Below are positions 27,321 to 36,899 of a DNA stretch of 64,000 bases, one piece after another. This DNA comes from an uncultured Chlamydiae bacterium (GTDB taxonomy: Bacteria > Chlamydiota > Chlamydiia > Chlamydiales > SM23-39). The notes under the pieces are model-generated. The model made no database searches. It was not told the DNA's origin and saw nothing but the letters and a program-made list of their open reading frames with translations. The DNA is taken from contig CAWHDP010000002.1 in NCBI GenBank assembly GCA_963828125.1, forward strand, positions 1,536,001 through 1,600,000, given 5' to 3'. A program made the translations under genes and the position numbers. Every line of letters starts with the position of its first letter. The first letter of the stretch is position 1.

Positions 27321-29629
27321 GGGGTTTTTTTTTCTTTGCCATTTGCTCTCTATCGACAGTAGGGCCTCTCAGCGCCGATATCGATGGCGCTATCGCTTTT
27401 AATGAATCGCTCAGCCAGCTCAAGGTCGAGCTGCAGCATACGTTCGAGCAGGTAGGACGTCTCGCAGAAGGAGACGCCGGCGACAAAGAATATCGGGAAT
27501 TACTCGAGAGCGTCCGCTCGACGAGGGAAAAAATACGGCTTCTGGAAGAGGGTTGGCGGAAGTCCTCCGTCGAAGAGATCGCGCAGAACGATGAGCCCTA
27601 TGCCATGTGGGATATGGGAGAGACGACCCTTTCCCAACTGATCATGGAATATGGGGCTACCGATTTTCTCTATGTGATTCCACAGGAATTGAGCGGGATG
27701 AAGATCAGTTTATTTACCGGAATTCCGCTGCCGCATGAATCATGGAGCGAAATGATCGACATGATCCTGGTTCAGAACGGGATCGGCGCCAAACGGCTCA
27801 ACCCCTTTGTAAAGCAGCTTTACATTTTAAAACTCGATCCGTCTGCCATTGAGGCTGTTGTCGCTAAAGAGTCTGATTTACAGCTCTTTGCAAGCCATGC
27901 GCGCCTCTTTTACGTCTTCTCGCCGCCTCCTGAGCAGCTTAAATCGATCCAATCGTTTTTCGAGCGGTTTTCCGATCCGAAGCAGACGCTGATTCAGGCG
28001 ATCGGCTCGAAGGTGGCGATTGTTTCGGCGCGGGAGACGGTCGAAAAACTGATCAATCTTTATCACGGAGTGTGGGAACAAAACCAGGGCAAGGTGGTCC
28101 GGATCGTCAGTTCGATCAAGATTTTGCCCCAAGAGGCGGAAAAGATTTTAAAGGCGGTCTTTGCTGACACCGGAACCAAAAATCGGCCGACTTACTATCC
28201 GACGGGGGCTGATGAATTATCGACGATGGTGCTCCCTCAGGGGTTGGTGTTGATTGGGGAAAACGAGACGGTAGAGCGGGCGCAAAAAATTTTAGCCGAT
28301 ATGGAGGCGCAGCTTGAAGATCCGGGAGAAAAGGTGATTTTTTGGTACACCTGCAAGCACTCCAATCCGGAAGATATTGCAGAGGTGTTGGAGCAGGTCT
28401 ACGATTCTCTCATTGGTTCGGGATTTGAAAAGAAGAGCGAGGGGGGAGCCGCGCCGCTCCAACAGATCCAGCCGCCGCAGACTTCTCCGAACGGAGCCAT
28501 CCCTTCGGGCAATCCGGAAAATCCGTTCCCCCTCCCTTATCTTTCTCCTGGGCCAGGCTATAATCCGGTTTTACCTGCGACAGCGCCGTTTGTTCAACCG
28601 GGGGTTTACGACAAAGAGCAGAGAACCTCATTCGGTCATTTTATTGTCGACAATAAGACCACTTCGATTTTGATGGTGGTTCGGCGCGAGGAGCTGGCAA
28701 AGATCAAGACGCTCCTCAAAAAACTCGATGTGCCGAAGAGGATGGTACAGCTTGATGTGTTGCTGGTAGAGAAAAAATTCAGGGACAATCGGGAGATTGG
28801 GTTCAGCCTTTTACAACTCGGGACGAATGCGAGCCACAGGAAAGAGACGTCGATCGATTACTCGGCTTCCGATGACCGTGGATTTTGCAATGGGTTGTTC
28901 AGCTTTATCTTCAGCAGGGATAAGAGCCACAAGTTTCCAGCGGCTGACATGAGATTCAATTTTTTGCTTGCTCAAGAAGACGTCCGGATCAAGGCGAACC
29001 CTTCCGTCTTGGCGATCAATCAAACTGAGGCGCAAATTTCGATCGTCGAGGAAATTTCGATCAATAATGGGGCCTTTCCATTCAATTCGCCGACGGGGAC
29101 GATTATCCAAGATTCCTATACGCGGGCGCAATATGGAATCACGATCATTTTGACGCCGACGATCCATCTTCCCGATGAGGAGGGGGGCCCCGGTTTCATC
29201 TCCATGGATACCGATTTGGAGTTCGATACGACGAAAATTCTCACCGCAGACAACCGCCCTCCAGTGACGCGGCGGAGCATCAAAAACCAGGTGCGGGTGG
29301 CCGATGGAGAGACGGTCATTCTTGGAGGGTTAAGACAGCAAATCGAGGAAGATACACGGGAAAAAATGCCCTTTCTCGGAGACCTTCCCGGCATCGGCAA
29401 GCTGTTCGGCACCGCAAGATCAAGAGACATCAGCACCGAGATGTTCATCTTCATCACTCCAAAAATCATTAAAGATCCGGTGGACGATCTCCGGTGCATC
29501 CGGCAGGAGGAGTATCAAAAACGGGCTGGCGATATTCCTGAATTTTTACAATGCATTGACGATGCAAAAGACCATGAGCGGAAAAAAATGTTCCGTCAAA
29601 GTTTAAAACTCCTTTTTGATATGTATTGA
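27317..29629 (+). CDS. gspD: type II secretion secretin
   Basis: Signal peptide; LDVPKRMVQLDVLLVE, VADGETVILGGL and PFLGDLPGIGKLF...FIFITPKII motifs. Confidence 0.93.
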   Translation: MRGFFFFAICSLSTVGPLSADIDGAIAFNESLSQLKVELQHTFEQVGRLAEGDAGDKEYRELLESVRSTREKIRLLEEGWRKSSVEEIAQNDEPYAMWDMGETTLSQLIMEYGATDFLYVIPQELSGMKISLFTGIPLPHESWSEMIDMILVQNGIGAKRLNPFVKQLYILKLDPSAIEAVVAKESDLQLFASHARLFYVFSPPPEQLKSIQSFFERFSDPKQTLIQAIGSKVAIVSARETVEKLINLYHGVWEQNQGKVVRIVSSIKILPQEAEKILKAVFADTGTKNRPTYYPTGADELSTMVLPQGLVLIGENETVERAQKILADMEAQLEDPGEKVIFWYTCKHSNPEDIAEVLEQVYDSLIGSGFEKKSEGGAAPLQQIQPPQTSPNGAIPSGNPENPFPLPYLSPGPGYNPVLPATAPFVQPGVYDKEQRTSFGHFIVDNKTTSILMVVRREELAKIKTLLKKLDVPKRMVQLDVLLVEKKFRDNREIGFSLLQLGTNASHRKETSIDYSASDDRGFCNGLFSFIFSRDKSHKFPAADMRFNFLLAQEDVRIKANPSVLAINQTEAQISIVEEISINNGAFPFNSPTGTIIQDSYTRAQYGITIILTPTIHLPDEEGGPGFISMDTDLEFDTTKILTADNRPPVTRRSIKNQVRVADGETVILGGLRQQIEEDTREKMPFLGDLPGIGKLFGTARSRDISTEMFIFITPKIIKDPVDDLRCIRQEEYQKRAGDIPEFLQCIDDAKDHERKKMFRQSLKLLFDMY

Positions 29630-31184
29630 AATGGATAACAATCAGGCGCTTGCGGAAAAATTTGGCCTTACAGTTGCGAAAGAGATCGCCCATTTCTCCC
29701 TCGTTCGCGATCGGGTGGCGATCATCCCCTATCTGTTTGCTAAGCAGAAACGGCTTTTGCCTCTCGAACAAGACGAGCGAAGAGTCACTGTTGCGATTGC
29801 CGATCCGCTGGATATTGAATCGATCGAGGAACTCCGGCTGATTTTAAAAAAGGCGATCTATCCGATCTATTGCCCCATCGAGGCGATTGAAGCGGGGATT
29901 GAGCAGTGCTATCACCAAAAAGAGGATGAGACGAAGCGGATTTTTACCGATCTCGATACGGGAGCTGTGTCTGAAGAGAAGGAGAGCGCTGAAGGGTATG
30001 ATCTTTTAGAGCGGGCCGATCAAAACCCGGTCATCCGGATGGTCAACGCAATGTTGATCGAAGCGATTCAGCAGGGGGCCTCCGATATCCATTTTGAGCC
30101 GGCAGAAGAGGGCCTTGTCGTCCGCTATCGGATCGACGGGTGTCTGCAAAAACGGCACATGCCGCCTCGGGAATATCAAATCCAAATTCTGACGCGGATC
30201 AAGGTGATGTGCAAAATGGACATCGCTGAGCACCGGCTGCCCCAGGATGGCCGGATCAAGTTGCGCCACGGAGGGAGGGAGATCGATTTCAGGGTGAGCA
30301 CTTTGCCCATCGTCCATGGCGAGCGGATCGTTCTCCGGATCTTGGATAAAGGGAATGTGCTCCTTGGGTTAGATCGGATCGGAATGGATGAAAAAGTGTT
30401 AAAATCGTTCCGCAAACTCGTTCAGACGCCTGAGGGGATTGTGTTAGTGACAGGTCCGACGGGGAGCGGCAAGACGACAACGCTCTATAGCGCAATTGGA
30501 GAGATCAATGATAGCGAAACCAACATCATCACAGTGGAAGATCCGGTCGAATATAAACTAGCTGGCATCTCCCAGATGAATGTCAATCCGCGGATTGAAC
30601 TGACTTTTGCCAAAGGGCTCAGGCATATTTTACGGCAAGATCCCGATATCATTATGATTGGGGAAATCCGCGACCGGGAGACGGCTGAGATCGCCATTCA
30701 AGCCTCTTTGACGGGCCATTTAGTTCTGAGCACCCTTCACACCAATGACGCCCCCTCTGCGCTCACTCGCCTTGCCGACATGGGGATCGAGCCCTATCTC
30801 CTCGCCTCTTCGATTCTCGGCGTTTTAGCTCAGAGATTGGTTCGGCAAATTTGCTCTCATTGCAAGGTGGAATACGCCCCTTCGGAACAAGAGAGGGAAG
30901 AATTGGGATTGAGGCGAGCCGGTTTTTTGTACAAAGGGACGGGGTGCAGCTGCTGTTTTCAGACCGGCTACAAAGGGCGCCACCCGATTTACGAGCTGAT
31001 GCCAGTCAGCGGGAAAATCAAACTCCAGGTGTTGAAGAGCCAAGATGCGCAAGAGCTGAGGAAAGTGGCTTTGGCCGAGGGGATGAAATCGCTCTTTGAA
31101 CAGGGGCTCGAACTCATTGAAAAAGGGATCACGACAAGCGCCGAGCTATTGCGGGTGACGAGGATCGATCAAGGAGAGTTGTGA
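29616..31184 (+). CDS. gspE: type II secretion ATPase
   Basis: ASDIHFEP, LPQDG, GPTGSGKTT, TVEDPVE, LRQDPD and TGHLVLSTLH motifs plus a tetra-Cys motif. Confidence 0.95.
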   Translation: MICIEMDNNQALAEKFGLTVAKEIAHFSLVRDRVAIIPYLFAKQKRLLPLEQDERRVTVAIADPLDIESIEELRLILKKAIYPIYCPIEAIEAGIEQCYHQKEDETKRIFTDLDTGAVSEEKESAEGYDLLERADQNPVIRMVNAMLIEAIQQGASDIHFEPAEEGLVVRYRIDGCLQKRHMPPREYQIQILTRIKVMCKMDIAEHRLPQDGRIKLRHGGREIDFRVSTLPIVHGERIVLRILDKGNVLLGLDRIGMDEKVLKSFRKLVQTPEGIVLVTGPTGSGKTTTLYSAIGEINDSETNIITVEDPVEYKLAGISQMNVNPRIELTFAKGLRHILRQDPDIIMIGEIRDRETAEIAIQASLTGHLVLSTLHTNDAPSALTRLADMGIEPYLLASSILGVLAQRLVRQICSHCKVEYAPSEQEREELGLRRAGFLYKGTGCSCCFQTGYKGRHPIYELMPVSGKIKLQVLKSQDAQELRKVALAEGMKSLFEQGLELIEKGITTSAELLRVTRIDQGEL

Positions 31185-32371
31185 TGCCGTTTTACGAGTA
31201 CAGCGCCGTCTCTGAAAAGGGGAAAAAATACAAAGCGACGATCGATGCGGAGAGTTTGCAAGAGGCCAAGCTGAAACTGATTCGGCGGCAAATTGCCGTC
31301 CTCCAGATCGGCGTGTTGAATGAAAAGCAGATGCGAGGCCATCTCTGCAAAAACGATGTGCTCAATTTGACCCGGGAAATTGGCCGCCTTTTATACGCAG
31401 GCCTCCCCCTCTTTGAGGCGCTCGCCGCTTTGGAGGAGAAATACCGAGGCCAAAAAGGGCACCGGATCCTCCTCAACCTCTGCGAGCAGGTTCGAAGCGG
31501 TTATTCTTTTTCAGAGGCGCTCGCGCGCCACCCCCAAACGTTCGATCTTCTCTATGTTTCGATGGTGGCCAACTCGGAAAAAACGGGCCGTCTCAATGAG
31601 GCGCTCGGAGAAATTGCCGAATTATTGAACCGGCAACAACAGGTGCGGAAACAAATCCTCTCCGCCCTTCTCTATCCGGCCCTTCTAAGCGGTTTTTGCC
31701 TCGTCGTCCTCTCTTCGCTCCTTTTTTATGTGATCCCTTCGTTGAAAGAGCTCTTCGATGGGAGAGATCTCCACCCGTTTACCCGTCTCGTATTCGCGAC
31801 GAGTCAATTCGCTTGCAATGCAAAGGGGATTTTAGCCGCTCTATTTGCCGCTATGACTTCGCTCACGATCGCCGCCTTTTTTTCTCCTCGATGGAAAAAA
31901 AAGTTGTTCTCAATGGTTCTGCAGCTCCCCTTTTTTAAAGGGCTGTTTGTCAAAGTGGCTCTGACCCGATTTTGCAGGGCCTGCGCCACCCTTTTAGAGG
32001 GAGGTCTTCCGCTCATTCAGGCATTCGAAGAGGCGAGAAGAGTGATGGGGCATCCGCCCCTTGAGGCTGTGGTCGCCCTAGCGCAAGAAAAGATTGCGCA
32101 AGGAGAGCCGATCCACACGACCTTTGAAAAACACCCGCTGATCCCTCCTCTCATTCCCCGTATGATTGGCATTGCCGAAGAGGGGGGAAAGCTCCCCTTT
32201 ATGATGAAGCAGATCGCCCAAATTTATGAAGAAGATTTAGAAAAAACGCTCACCCAATTCGGAGCAGTTGCGCAGCCAGTCCTCCTTTTAATTCTAGGGG
32301 CTGTGATCGGTTTTGTTCTCCTCTCTGTGCTCTTGCCGATGACCGATGTGAGCTCCTTTGCAAACAATTAA
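31184..32371 (+). CDS. gspF: type II secretion inner-membrane platform protein
   Basis: Two GspF/PilC repeats (GLPLFEAL...EKTGRL and GLPLIQAF...EEGGKL) plus ALLYP. Confidence 0.93.
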   Translation: MPFYEYSAVSEKGKKYKATIDAESLQEAKLKLIRRQIAVLQIGVLNEKQMRGHLCKNDVLNLTREIGRLLYAGLPLFEALAALEEKYRGQKGHRILLNLCEQVRSGYSFSEALARHPQTFDLLYVSMVANSEKTGRLNEALGEIAELLNRQQQVRKQILSALLYPALLSGFCLVVLSSLLFYVIPSLKELFDGRDLHPFTRLVFATSQFACNAKGILAALFAAMTSLTIAAFFSPRWKKKLFSMVLQLPFFKGLFVKVALTRFCRACATLLEGGLPLIQAFEEARRVMGHPPLEAVVALAQEKIAQGEPIHTTFEKHPLIPPLIPRMIGIAEEGGKLPFMMKQIAQIYEEDLEKTLTQFGAVAQPVLLLILGAVIGFVLLSVLLPMTDVSSFANN

Positions 32372-32386
32372 ATCGGAGAAGAAAAG

Positions 32387-32740
32387 ATGAAAAAAAGAAC
32401 GATTAGCCTCATAGAGATCATGATCGTGATTTTTATTATCACATTGATCACGGGTACAATTGGGTACAATATGAAAGGGTCGATGGATAAAGGGAGAAAA
32501 TTTAGAACGGAGCAGGCGATCGATCAATTACACGATTTGTTGCTGATCTGTTTAGCAGAAGGGAAAAATCCAGACGAGCTGGCAAAACATCCGGCCAAGT
32601 ACATAGACGAATTAGGGTTAGCTAAGAATCCGGATAAATTGATCGTGGACGGTTGGGGAGAGTTGTTGACGATCGTGGTCAAACCCGGTAGAAAAGATTT
32701 TGACGTCTATTCCGAGAACATCGTGAAGAAAAAAGAGTGA
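32387..32740 (+). CDS. gspG: T2SS major pseudopilin-like protein
   Basis: Prepilin-like N-terminus ISLIEIMIVIFII and C-terminal DGWG. Confidence 0.75.
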   Translation: MKKRTISLIEIMIVIFIITLITGTIGYNMKGSMDKGRKFRTEQAIDQLHDLLLICLAEGKNPDELAKHPAKYIDELGLAKNPDKLIVDGWGELLTIVVKPGRKDFDVYSENIVKKKE

Positions 32741-33198
32741 AAAAGGCATTCACCCTCCTTGAATTCATGATCGCCATCGTTTTGCTGGCCATCGTTAGCG
32801 GAGTCATAGGCGTCAAAATGCATGCCGCTGTGCAGAAAAAAAAATTCAAGTCGGAGTTAGAGAGGCTCCGGGTTCGCGTCGCCGTCTCCCAACGGCTCGC
32901 CGTCGCCATGCAGGCCGATTGGAAAGGGACGCTCAAACGGGATCCCCATGGTTGGATCTTCGAAACCGCATGCGAAGAATTGGAGGGGAGAAGGCTCTCT
33001 ACTCTCCACATGGATCGGATGGAGATCGCATTCAATGGCAAAAAAATCGATACCTTCACTATCGACTTTTTCGCAAGCGGCCACATCCTTCCCGAAGGGG
33101 TCATCCGCTTCACAACCGGTTCTGAAAAAGTCGAATGGAAAACTCCCGATATTTTCTTTAGGGACGAGGGGACAACACTGGGTCCTGCTCACCCCTAA
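32737..33198 (+). CDS. T2SS minor pseudopilin (GspH-like)
   Basis: AFTLLEFMIAIVLL prepilin motif. Confidence 0.8.
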   Translation: MKKAFTLLEFMIAIVLLAIVSGVIGVKMHAAVQKKKFKSELERLRVRVAVSQRLAVAMQADWKGTLKRDPHGWIFETACEELEGRRLSTLHMDRMEIAFNGKKIDTFTIDFFASGHILPEGVIRFTTGSEKVEWKTPDIFFRDEGTTLGPAHP

Positions 33199-33277
33199 AA
33201 TTAAAATAATTTATAGAGCTTTTTAAAAAATATCTACTTGTTGTACAGTGTCCCCATTTAAAAACCAGGAGGGTGAC

Positions 33278-33670
33278 ATGGCAAGGACGGAATGTTTTGG
33301 ATGGAGACAAAAGGTTGAGGAATATTTTTGGCCTCCGAATACGGGCAAAAGGTTTAGCAGAGGCGGAGTTGAATTGCAAGGTCCGGCAAAGGCAGCAGGA
33401 GCGGCTAAATACCGTGCAGACCTTTGCCAACAGACAGTGCAGCGGATCGCAAGAGCAGCTCTAGTTCTGTTGGGGGGCGCGTATGCAGAAGTCTGTATCG
33501 TGATGAACAGAGGGTACCTGGAAGCTGGCAAAATTGGGCTGATGACTGTCGGTGCGGTCTCGGTGCTGACATTTGTAATCAAGGCTGTATTTTGGTTAAA
33601 TAACAGCTCGAATAATCAGATCATTGAGGACTACATTAATGCGAAAGCACCCAAGCCAAAAGCATCCTAA
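33278..33670 (+). CDS. hypothetical protein with two hydrophobic segments (Inc-like)
   Basis: AGGAGG RBS before ATG 33278; followed by a terminator. Confidence 0.7.
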   Translation: MARTECFGWRQKVEEYFWPPNTGKRFSRGGVELQGPAKAAGAAKYRADLCQQTVQRIARAALVLLGGAYAEVCIVMNRGYLEAGKIGLMTVGAVSVLTFVIKAVFWLNNSSNNQIIEDYINAKAPKPKAS

Positions 33671-33678
33671 TTTCAGTG

Positions 33679-33709
33679 AGGGGGGGCTGTTTCCCCCCTG
33701 TTTTTTTTT
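33679..33709 (+). terminator. intrinsic terminator
   Basis: AGGGGGG...CCCCCCT stem followed by T9. Confidence 0.8.
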
Positions 33710-33774
33710 AGGGAAGTCTTGAGAAATTAGTCTTTTTATCCTAGTCTGGAACCTACTTTAATGCCCAGGTGTAT

Positions 33775-36393
33775 ATGAAAAAATTTCTGTTAGCTGCTGC
33801 TCTTGTTTTGGCTGGACTGAATCCTGTATTCGGAGAGCCGGAAAATCTCAATTCTTATTTGGGGACGCTAAAACCGCGCCAGCCAAATTGGAGGATCGAT
33901 GTAGTCAAAGCATACCCTCAAGGGGTTCCCGAAGTGATTTTGTTTCACGAACCGACTGTCGATGGAACAGAGGCGCCTGTGAAACAGGTCGTCTTTTATG
34001 ACAACAGCCGGATCCAGGTGGAAATGGATATGATCGCCGTCGATCCCGAATCTTCGGCTGCCAAAGAGTGGAATTCACCCATCGTCCCCCACGGAACGAG
34101 GGCCGATTTTTCTCCGGACGGCCAGCTTCTCAAAATATCTTCTTACCAATATGGCGTTTTACACGGAGAGTATAAAACATTCTATGGCAATGGCCAGGTG
34201 CAGAATGAAGGTTATTACGCTGCAGGGATTTTGAGCGGTCCCGTCAAGACGTATTATGAAGACGGCGTTTTGAAAGAAGAGGCTTTTTACGAAAATGGCC
34301 TATTAGAGGGAGAGGTCGTTCAATATCACCCGAATGGCAACAAGGCGGCTCTGTTTCCGCATCATGAGGGGAAAATCGATGGGACGGCGCTGAACTGGTT
34401 CCCGTCGGGCATTCTCAATGTGGAGCGGGAATTTAAAGAGGGCAAGCTCCATGGCGATGGAAAAAATCCGGCCCTTATTGTCTATGATGAAGGGCGCAAT
34501 GTCCTTGAAGTGCTCGATTTCCGCAACGGACAACCGACGGGACTCCACATCCGCTATCACGCAAATGGAGCGGAGAAGTACCGGCTCTTTTATAAAGAGG
34601 GGAAAAAAGAGGGGAAGGAGCAGTTTTTTGCTGAAGACGGCGCCTTGCTCGGAGAGGGGTTATTTCAAAATGGGGTGGCTGTGGGAAGCCACTTTCGCAA
34701 CCATGAGAATGGGACGTTGGCCTATCAAGCGGAATTTGACGAAAACGGAACTTTGTTGGAGCCGATCGTCGAGTGGAGCGAAAATGGACAGAAGCTAAGA
34801 CAGTTTTTTGTTCAGGAAGATAAGATCGACGGGGCTTATAACGAATGGTATGAAGACGGCGCATTGAAGCTTGAGTACCATTATGCGATGGGCGAATACG
34901 ATGGCGAACAAAAAGAATATTACCCTTCAGGGCAGCTCAAAGTATCAACTCGCTATATCGATCAAAAACGGGATGGGATTCATGAAGAGTGGTATGAAAA
35001 TGGGATCTTGGCCCGGAGACTCCATTTTGCCAAAGGGGAAAAAGATGGGCAAATGGGAGAATGGTATCTGAATGGAAATACCAAAATCGACGCCTATTTT
35101 CAGGGTGATCTTCCCGAAGGGATTCAAAGCGAATGGTATGAGAATGGACAACTCAAGGCGCGCGCCGAATACGCTTTAGGCAAGAAGCAGGGGTGGCAAA
35201 GGGAGTGGAGTGAAGAGGGGGATCTCCTCTCAGAGGCCCTATTCGAAGGCGATTTGATGGACGGAATTGTCCTCGCCTGGTGGGGAAAGGATCAGATCAA
35301 ATCCCGTTTTCAATTCAACAAGGGGAAAAAAGAGGGGATCCATAAGTCGTTCTACAAAGATGGAAAGCCGGAGCGGATCGCCACTTATAAAAATGATCTG
35401 ATGGAAGGGGAAATGCTCGCTTGGTATCCAGATGGAGCCGTTCAGTCGATGCAATTTTTCAAAGAGGGAAAGCCGATTGGCGAGCATAGAACCTATTATC
35501 AGAAATCGTCCCCATCGGAAAAAGATGAAGAGCGCCTCGCCCATCTTTTCCATTACGATGATGAGGGACGTCTGCACGGAGAAGAGAAGACCTTTTATCA
35601 AGGAGGGAAACCTCAAGCCATTGTGAGCTACTCGCACGGGGCGATGGATGGCACAAGAGAGGTCTTCGATCCGCAAGGACATTTGATTGAAGAGGCCCAT
35701 TATGTCGAAGGGAAGCTCGAAGGAAAATTTTTCCAAACCACTCCCGAAGGGAAAGAGATCATCACCTATTATCAAAGGAACCTGAAACATGGGCCGCATA
35801 TCATTTATTATCCGCCGAATCAAAAAGGGGAAAAAATAAAGGCTTTAGAGACAACTGTGGAAAACGATCAAATCCATGGGATCTTGTCCGAATATTCTGA
35901 GCAAGGGAAAAAAGTGGCCGAGACGCCCTACGTCCATGGGAAAAAACAGGGGACGGCAAAAATTTTTGCACCGGATGCAAAAACCTCAATTGCGATCGAA
36001 TTTTATGCTGATAAAAAAAATGGCCTTGCCACTCAATACTTCCCCAACGGGACTGTCTTCAGAACGACTCCTTACGTCAATGATCTGCGCGAAGGCGAGG
36101 AGATCACCTACCATCCAAACGGATCGGTCGCCTCCGTATTTCCCTACCGGGACGATAAATTAAACGGAATGGCTAAGAGTTTTAACGATCAGGGGATACT
36201 GGTTTTTGAAGCCGAATATCTGGACGATCTCCGCCATGGCAAATTCAATAAATATTACGAGGATGGAAAGCCTTATTTAGAGCAAAATTTTGTCGCCGAC
36301 AAGCTGGAAGGCGAGAAGAGAAAATATGAAAAAGACGGATTTCCCACCGTTTCCTACTACGAAGAGGGAAGGCTGGTGAAAACGATGCGATAA
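33775..36393 (+). CDS. exported MORN_2-repeat protein (YwqK-like repeats)
   Basis: Signal peptide, then many G..(H/D)G....(W/Y)Y.NG repeats along most of the length. Confidence 0.9.
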   Translation: MKKFLLAAALVLAGLNPVFGEPENLNSYLGTLKPRQPNWRIDVVKAYPQGVPEVILFHEPTVDGTEAPVKQVVFYDNSRIQVEMDMIAVDPESSAAKEWNSPIVPHGTRADFSPDGQLLKISSYQYGVLHGEYKTFYGNGQVQNEGYYAAGILSGPVKTYYEDGVLKEEAFYENGLLEGEVVQYHPNGNKAALFPHHEGKIDGTALNWFPSGILNVEREFKEGKLHGDGKNPALIVYDEGRNVLEVLDFRNGQPTGLHIRYHANGAEKYRLFYKEGKKEGKEQFFAEDGALLGEGLFQNGVAVGSHFRNHENGTLAYQAEFDENGTLLEPIVEWSENGQKLRQFFVQEDKIDGAYNEWYEDGALKLEYHYAMGEYDGEQKEYYPSGQLKVSTRYIDQKRDGIHEEWYENGILARRLHFAKGEKDGQMGEWYLNGNTKIDAYFQGDLPEGIQSEWYENGQLKARAEYALGKKQGWQREWSEEGDLLSEALFEGDLMDGIVLAWWGKDQIKSRFQFNKGKKEGIHKSFYKDGKPERIATYKNDLMEGEMLAWYPDGAVQSMQFFKEGKPIGEHRTYYQKSSPSEKDEERLAHLFHYDDEGRLHGEEKTFYQGGKPQAIVSYSHGAMDGTREVFDPQGHLIEEAHYVEGKLEGKFFQTTPEGKEIITYYQRNLKHGPHIIYYPPNQKGEKIKALETTVENDQIHGILSEYSEQGKKVAETPYVHGKKQGTAKIFAPDAKTSIAIEFYADKKNGLATQYFPNGTVFRTTPYVNDLREGEEITYHPNGSVASVFPYRDDKLNGMAKSFNDQGILVFEAEYLDDLRHGKFNKYYEDGKPYLEQNFVADKLEGEKRKYEKDGFPTVSYYEEGRLVKTMR

Positions 36394-36529
36394 ATGGTTT
36401 TTTTTGTAACCGTAAGCGCTTCGAAATTAAGTACTTACGCTTTTTTTGCTAAAAACCCCTTTTCTTTTTTTAGAAAAGGCGTAAATTGGGACATGCGATG
36501 CAAATCGCTTTCCAACCAGGAGAAAAACA

Positions 36530-36649
36530 ATGAATATGAAGAATCCACAGCAAAAGCCAACACCAGCAGCGCCGAACAAAAATCAAGCGCCGGCGCCAAC
36601 AAAACCGCAACCAGCACAAGCTCCTCAGCCAAACAAAAAACCTAAGTAA
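36530..36649 (+). CDS. 39-aa Pro/Gln/Lys-rich small protein (not in ORF track)
   Basis: AGGAG RBS; MNMKNPQQKPTPAAPNKNQAPAPTKPQPAQAPQPNKKPK*; a hairpin follows. Confidence 0.65.
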   Translation: MNMKNPQQKPTPAAPNKNQAPAPTKPQPAQAPQPNKKPK

Positions 36650-36665
36650 CCGCCATTTTCTTATT

Positions 36666-36692
36666 CTTGGGCAGGCGTTTCGCCTGCCCAAG
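36666..36692. terminator. probable bidirectional terminator hairpin
   Basis: CTTGGGCAGGCG-TTT-CGCCTGCCCAAG, a 12-bp stem between convergent small ORFs. Confidence 0.75.
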
Positions 36693-36698
36693 TCATTC

Positions 36699-36848
36699 CT
36701 ATTTTTTGCAAGGACACGAATGGTGGCAGTCGCATTTAGGCGGGCAGCCTGTGTCGTTGCAATTGCGCTCTGAAGACGGCGTCGAGCTAGATTTTGAAGT
36801 GCAAGCGGAAAAAACGATTACAACAACAAAAAAAATAAGCATTTTCAT
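36699..36848 (-). CDS. 49-aa cysteine-rich lipoprotein (not in ORF track)
   Basis: GGAGGT RBS; MKMLIFFVVVIVFSA-CTSKSSSTPSSERNCNDTGCPPKCDCHHSCPCKK*; lipobox FSAC. Confidence 0.75.
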   Translation of the reverse strand: MKMLIFFVVVIVFSACTSKSSSTPSSERNCNDTGCPPKCDCHHSCPCKK

Positions 36849-36899
36849 AAATCAACCTCCAAAGGTTGATCTTTTGTTTAGAGCATGACAACACAAAGG

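Noticed and set aside
33775..36393. Toxin-antitoxin system (YwqJK)
   Set aside because: Only the generic repeat is shared. The protein is exported and no toxin gene is adjacent.
36394..36645. 83-aa ORF from the track
   Set aside because: No RBS. The overlapping frame at 36530-36649 has an AGGAG RBS and a terminator and is preferred.
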